Positions 60,072-64,000 of a stretch of 64,000 nucleotides of DNA are shown piece after piece. The notes below the pieces were generated by a model, which was not told the DNA's origin, did no database searches, and saw only the letters and a program-made list of their open reading frames with translations. Each line of letters opens with the position of its first letter. Position 1 is the first letter of the stretch. Position numbers and translations under genes: made by a program. Origin of the DNA: Candidatus Sumerlaeaceae bacterium (GTDB lineage Bacteria > Sumerlaeota > Sumerlaeia > Sumerlaeales > Sumerlaeaceae); NCBI GenBank assembly GCA_049968255.1, contig JBMFRB010000001.1:224001-288000 (forward strand), given 5' to 3'.

Positions 60072-61132
60072 GCGCAAATAAATTGAACACTGCTGGTTCG
60101 TTGGCTCTCCACGTCAACATTGGACTGATTCTGACGTCTGTTCTCGTTTTAGCGATTCCATTTGTGGGAAGTGGTGTGGACGTGTGGTCCGCGTTGCGCG
60201 AAGGGCCATTTGCGGAACAACCGTCGCCGTCGGGAATGATCTTCTGGCAAACCCGCCTGCCACGTGTGTTAGCAGCGTTAGGTTCAGGTGCTGCGCTTGC
60301 CATGGCCGGCGTGGCTTTTCAGGCGATTCTCCGAAACCCCCTTGCCGAGCCATATATCTTAGGGATCTCGGGCGGGGCTGCTCTGGGAAAGGCCGTTGTC
60401 CTCCTGTTAGCGGGTGGTGTTCAAGGCGCCCTTATCGGGATGACCAATGGAGGAGCATTTTTGGGTGCTCTTGCGCCAGTCCTCATTCTCCACGGTTTGC
60501 GGCGGCGGCGGCGTCACTGGAGTTCCGAGACCGTTTTGCTTGCGGGAGTGGTGATGAATGTTCTGGCCTCCGCGCTTTTACTCCTCATCCAGTTCTTCTC
60601 CGATTTCACCCTTGTACGACAGATGTTTGCATGGACACTGGGGGGGCTCGACATTGTGGGCTATCAGCCGCTTGTCGTTCTCTGGCCGGCGGTCATTCTC
60701 GGCGGTGTGATTCTCACTTGGTTAGGACGCGCATTGAATGTCCTCGCATTGGGCACGATGATGGCCACCCATCTCGGGGTCAACGTCCACCGTGTGGTCG
60801 CGGGGGCGGTCTGGCTCGGAGCTCTCCTCACCGCAACAAGTGTGGCGGTCGCAGGCCCGATCGGATTTGTTGGCTTGCTTGTGCCGCATATCCTCCGAGC
60901 TTTTGTGGGAAGCGATCACAGACGGCTCATTCCGCTTTCCGCTATCTACGGAGGGCTTTTTCTCCTCGTGTGCGATTTTCTTGGCTGGCGCGGCCTGGAG
61001 CTTTTTGCGTTAGCAGGAGTTTTCCACGGTCATCCGAGCGAAATTCCAGTAGGCATCATCACGGCTTGCGTCGGCGGAATCTTTTTCCTCTGGTTGCTGT
61101 TTCGGCGCGAGGATAACGAATGTGATTTGTAG
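60068..61132 (+). CDS. ABC transporter permease (BtuC/FecCD type)
   Basis: RLPR, RNPLAEPYILGISGGA, GPIGFVGLLVPH, PVGIITA..GG.FFL. Confidence 0.93.
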   Translation: MSANKLNTAGSLALHVNIGLILTSVLVLAIPFVGSGVDVWSALREGPFAEQPSPSGMIFWQTRLPRVLAALGSGAALAMAGVAFQAILRNPLAEPYILGISGGAALGKAVVLLLAGGVQGALIGMTNGGAFLGALAPVLILHGLRRRRRHWSSETVLLAGVVMNVLASALLLLIQFFSDFTLVRQMFAWTLGGLDIVGYQPLVVLWPAVILGGVILTWLGRALNVLALGTMMATHLGVNVHRVVAGAVWLGALLTATSVAVAGPIGFVGLLVPHILRAFVGSDHRRLIPLSAIYGGLFLLVCDFLGWRGLELFALAGVFHGHPSEIPVGIITACVGGIFFLWLLFRREDNECDL

Positions 61133-61181
61133 AGATCGCATAGATTGGTCGCGACTCATTGTATTCTCTCATGGCTTGCTC

Positions 61182-61634
<453 letters not shown>

Positions 61635-61791
61635 TCGGGCAAGCAAGCCGTCGCAATATGGCTCCGCTGAGCGAAAGCAGCCGGCGGAGTCTACCTTTTC
61701 GCGCATGACCCGTCCGTCATAACGACAAAGTGGTCGCATTCGTCGAAATCGCTCGAGACTTGCTGGAGCGAACCGCCAAGGCACTGGAAAG

Positions 61792-62664
61792 CTAAGACGA
61801 CCCTTTAGTGTCGCGGTGCGGGGAGGGATCGGTCGGCGAAGAATTCTCCTCGTGGAGCTTGGCGGCCTGCCAATAGCTCTCCATCTCGTCGAGTGGCATA
61901 TCAGCCAGAGGTCGCCCCAACTCGCGGCTCTTTTGCTCAATGTATTGAAAGCGCCGCCGAAATTTCTCTGCTGTTGCACGCACAGCTTCCTCGGCATCTA
62001 CTTCGAGAAAACGAGCGAGGTTCACGAGGGCAAAAATAAGGTCGCCAATTTCTTCTCCGGCGTGAATCTTGTCGTTGGCGGCGATGGCCTGACGGAGCTC
62101 GCCGATTTCTTCCTCCACTTTGTCCAACACTTGCAACGGGTTTTCCCAATCGAAACCCACACGCGCGGCTTTTTCTTGGATACGCTGGGCCTTGAGCAAT
62201 GCGGGGAGAACATTCGGTACTCCAGCAAGCACACTCGTGGCGTGCGGGTTGTCTTCGGTTTGGCCACCGTTTTTCTCTTCCCGTTCCTTGGCTTTCAGCT
62301 TTTCCCAGTTCTGGAGCACGTCCTGCGCTGTCCTAGCTTCTGTTTCGCCAAAAACGTGGGGATGCCGACGAATCATCTTGGCCGCGGCAGTTTCGATGAC
62401 CTCATCAATGTCGAACTTCCCGGTGCGCTTGGCCAGAACGGAGTGGAAGATGACTTGGAGCAGCACGTCGCCTAGCTCTTCAGCCAGATCAGCCCAGTTC
62501 TCGCGGTCAATCGCGTCGAGTGCTTCGTAGGCTTCTTCAACGAGGTAGGGTTTGAGGGTCTCGTGCGTCTGTTCGCGGTCCCAGGGGCAGCCGCCCGGCT
62601 CCTGTAGGCGCTCCATGATGCGCACGAGCCGCCGAAATGGCTCTTTGATTTCTTCGTACGCCAT
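61792..62664 (-). CDS. mazG: Nucleoside triphosphate pyrophosphohydrolase MazG (tandem domains)
   Basis: GCPWDREQTHETL, EEAYE, EELGDVLLQ, IRRHPHVFG, GFDW, EEIGDLIFA. Confidence 0.95.
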   Translation of the reverse strand: MAYEEIKEPFRRLVRIMERLQEPGGCPWDREQTHETLKPYLVEEAYEALDAIDRENWADLAEELGDVLLQVIFHSVLAKRTGKFDIDEVIETAAAKMIRRHPHVFGETEARTAQDVLQNWEKLKAKEREEKNGGQTEDNPHATSVLAGVPNVLPALLKAQRIQEKAARVGFDWENPLQVLDKVEEEIGELRQAIAANDKIHAGEEIGDLIFALVNLARFLEVDAEEAVRATAEKFRRRFQYIEQKSRELGRPLADMPLDEMESYWQAAKLHEENSSPTDPSPHRDTKGSS

Positions 62665-62666
62665 GG

Positions 62667-63815
62667 TTACGCCCCTACCGAATTTGCATAGGCGGGCTTT
62701 TCGTTGCGCTTTTTGTACTCTTCGAGGTCGTAAGCGCGAAAAAGGTCGCCCCACTCCGTCTTCATGATCATTTCGACCCGCTTTTTGCCGATGAACGGAT
62801 ACCAGTAACCGTCGTGGTAAAGGCGCGAGGCAACATAGCTCCACGGGACAAGTGGCGACCGCAGCAAAATTTTTTCCAGAGGCTTGAGGGGCCCGTGATA
62901 GATCATGTGTTGGCCACGACTGGCAAAGGTTTGCGCCTGCTTTTGGTGATGAAAATTCACGCCTGAGATATCGTCACCGACGATTTCGATATCGCGGGGA
63001 TCGCCAACCCCCAAACCGTCCTCGTGAGCAATGCGGATGAAATCGATTTCCATGGGATCGAAGCCCTGGATCTTCGCGCTCACTGCATCGATGGCCGTTT
63101 GATCGGCGCTGGCGAGAATGACGTTCTGCACGCTGGGCATCATAGCGCGCGGCCCTGGCCCATCGCCGACAATAGAGCCGTCCATCACGGCGAAAAGGCC
63201 ACTATGAATTTCTTTTTGGATGCGAAGGAGGTCCACCAGTGTCTCGTGAATGACGCTGTGCGTCCAGTGGCGTTTTTCGTTTAGCAGCCCTCCAAACGCA
63301 TTTTTCATGGCGCCCGTAATCTGCGTAAAAACGTGCGTTTTGACTGTGGGCAAATGAATGATGTTGCGACCGAAGAAGAACTTCGGGATCTTTACACCGT
63401 CGGGATAGACTTTGTCGAGCACGCGGTACTTGCCGGTCTTGGGCGTGTATTGCACCCATTCCCATTGCGGCTCGTAAAGATGGATTGGCTTCAAGCCGTG
63501 TTTGTAGTCCACGGTGTTGAGGTGGTTATTCACGATCCCTTTTTTATCGTCCACAACAACCGTGCGATTGTGCGTAGGGATAATGCGCTTGGGATCGTAG
63601 CCGTCGGCAAGAAGCGTTGAAACTACCCCATCGTACTGCCAAGGCGCGGTCGAGCATGCAGGGAAATAGACGTGCCACGAGATATTGATCTTGATGAGAG
63701 TGTCGTGGTCTTTTGGGAGGTGTTTGTCATACTCTGCTAAGCGCATGAGGCGGGCATAGTCTTCAAGAATCGTCTTTGGCGACGTTTTCAAAAATGCAAC
63801 TTTCGCTTTTGCCAT
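62667..63815 (-). CDS. DUF362 domain-containing protein
   Basis: IKINISW, LPTVKTH...TGAMKNAFG, VMDG...GPGP, ASAD..AIDAV; stop 2 nt before the mazG start. Confidence 0.85.
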   Translation of the reverse strand: MAKAKVAFLKTSPKTILEDYARLMRLAEYDKHLPKDHDTLIKINISWHVYFPACSTAPWQYDGVVSTLLADGYDPKRIIPTHNRTVVVDDKKGIVNNHLNTVDYKHGLKPIHLYEPQWEWVQYTPKTGKYRVLDKVYPDGVKIPKFFFGRNIIHLPTVKTHVFTQITGAMKNAFGGLLNEKRHWTHSVIHETLVDLLRIQKEIHSGLFAVMDGSIVGDGPGPRAMMPSVQNVILASADQTAIDAVSAKIQGFDPMEIDFIRIAHEDGLGVGDPRDIEIVGDDISGVNFHHQKQAQTFASRGQHMIYHGPLKPLEKILLRSPLVPWSYVASRLYHDGYWYPFIGKKRVEMIMKTEWGDLFRAYDLEEYKKRNEKPAYANSVGA

Positions 63816-64000
63816 CGGCTTCAATCCTCTTATCGACCAATTCTTATGCAAGCTTTGATCGCTTTGCTCACGCCACCTCGAGAAGACAGCAACCAGCTAA
63901 AGTGCTAAACAAGCCGATACGGTAGGCTATTCTAGGCCGCAAAATATCGTTGGGGAAAAAGCGGCTCATTCGAGAGCAACCTGATTCTCAACATCAAAAA

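Noticed and set aside
63885-63910. AGTGCTAA CIRCE-like half-site
   Set aside because: The left arm TTAGCACTC is absent at the required spacing.

Overview
A gene-dense, mostly housekeeping region of a diderm bacterium (GC by eye about 55%). It carries aceE/aceF, gatB, era, queE, folC, lepA, glgP, pyrC, rplU/rpmA, tRNA-Pro(CGG), pit, polA, pal, a Btu/Fec-type ABC transporter, RNase P RNA and mazG. I see no integrase, transposase, prophage or CRISPR array. The most striking element is a tightly coupled three-gene operon at 51893-55482 (minus strand): a J-domain/TPR protein, GrpE and an Hsp70. The J-domain's HPD motif reads DPE, and the Hsp70 is altered at the positions known to contact J-domains (interdomain linker DVLLLD to KPVIIH plus an insertion; IINEP to IIDEP). 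This suggests a dedicated, co-evolved chaperone system separate from the housekeeping DnaK. Also notable are several dispersed GT-C-like membrane proteins, including a hidden divergent paralog of the DUF2298/YYY protein, a DigH-like hydrolase divergent from an orphan pal, candidate leaderless genes, and a three-way-junction RNA structure between polA and the Hsp70 gene. All calls come from motif recognition by eye; no database searches were run. Some starts were moved to more plausible codons than in the ORF track.
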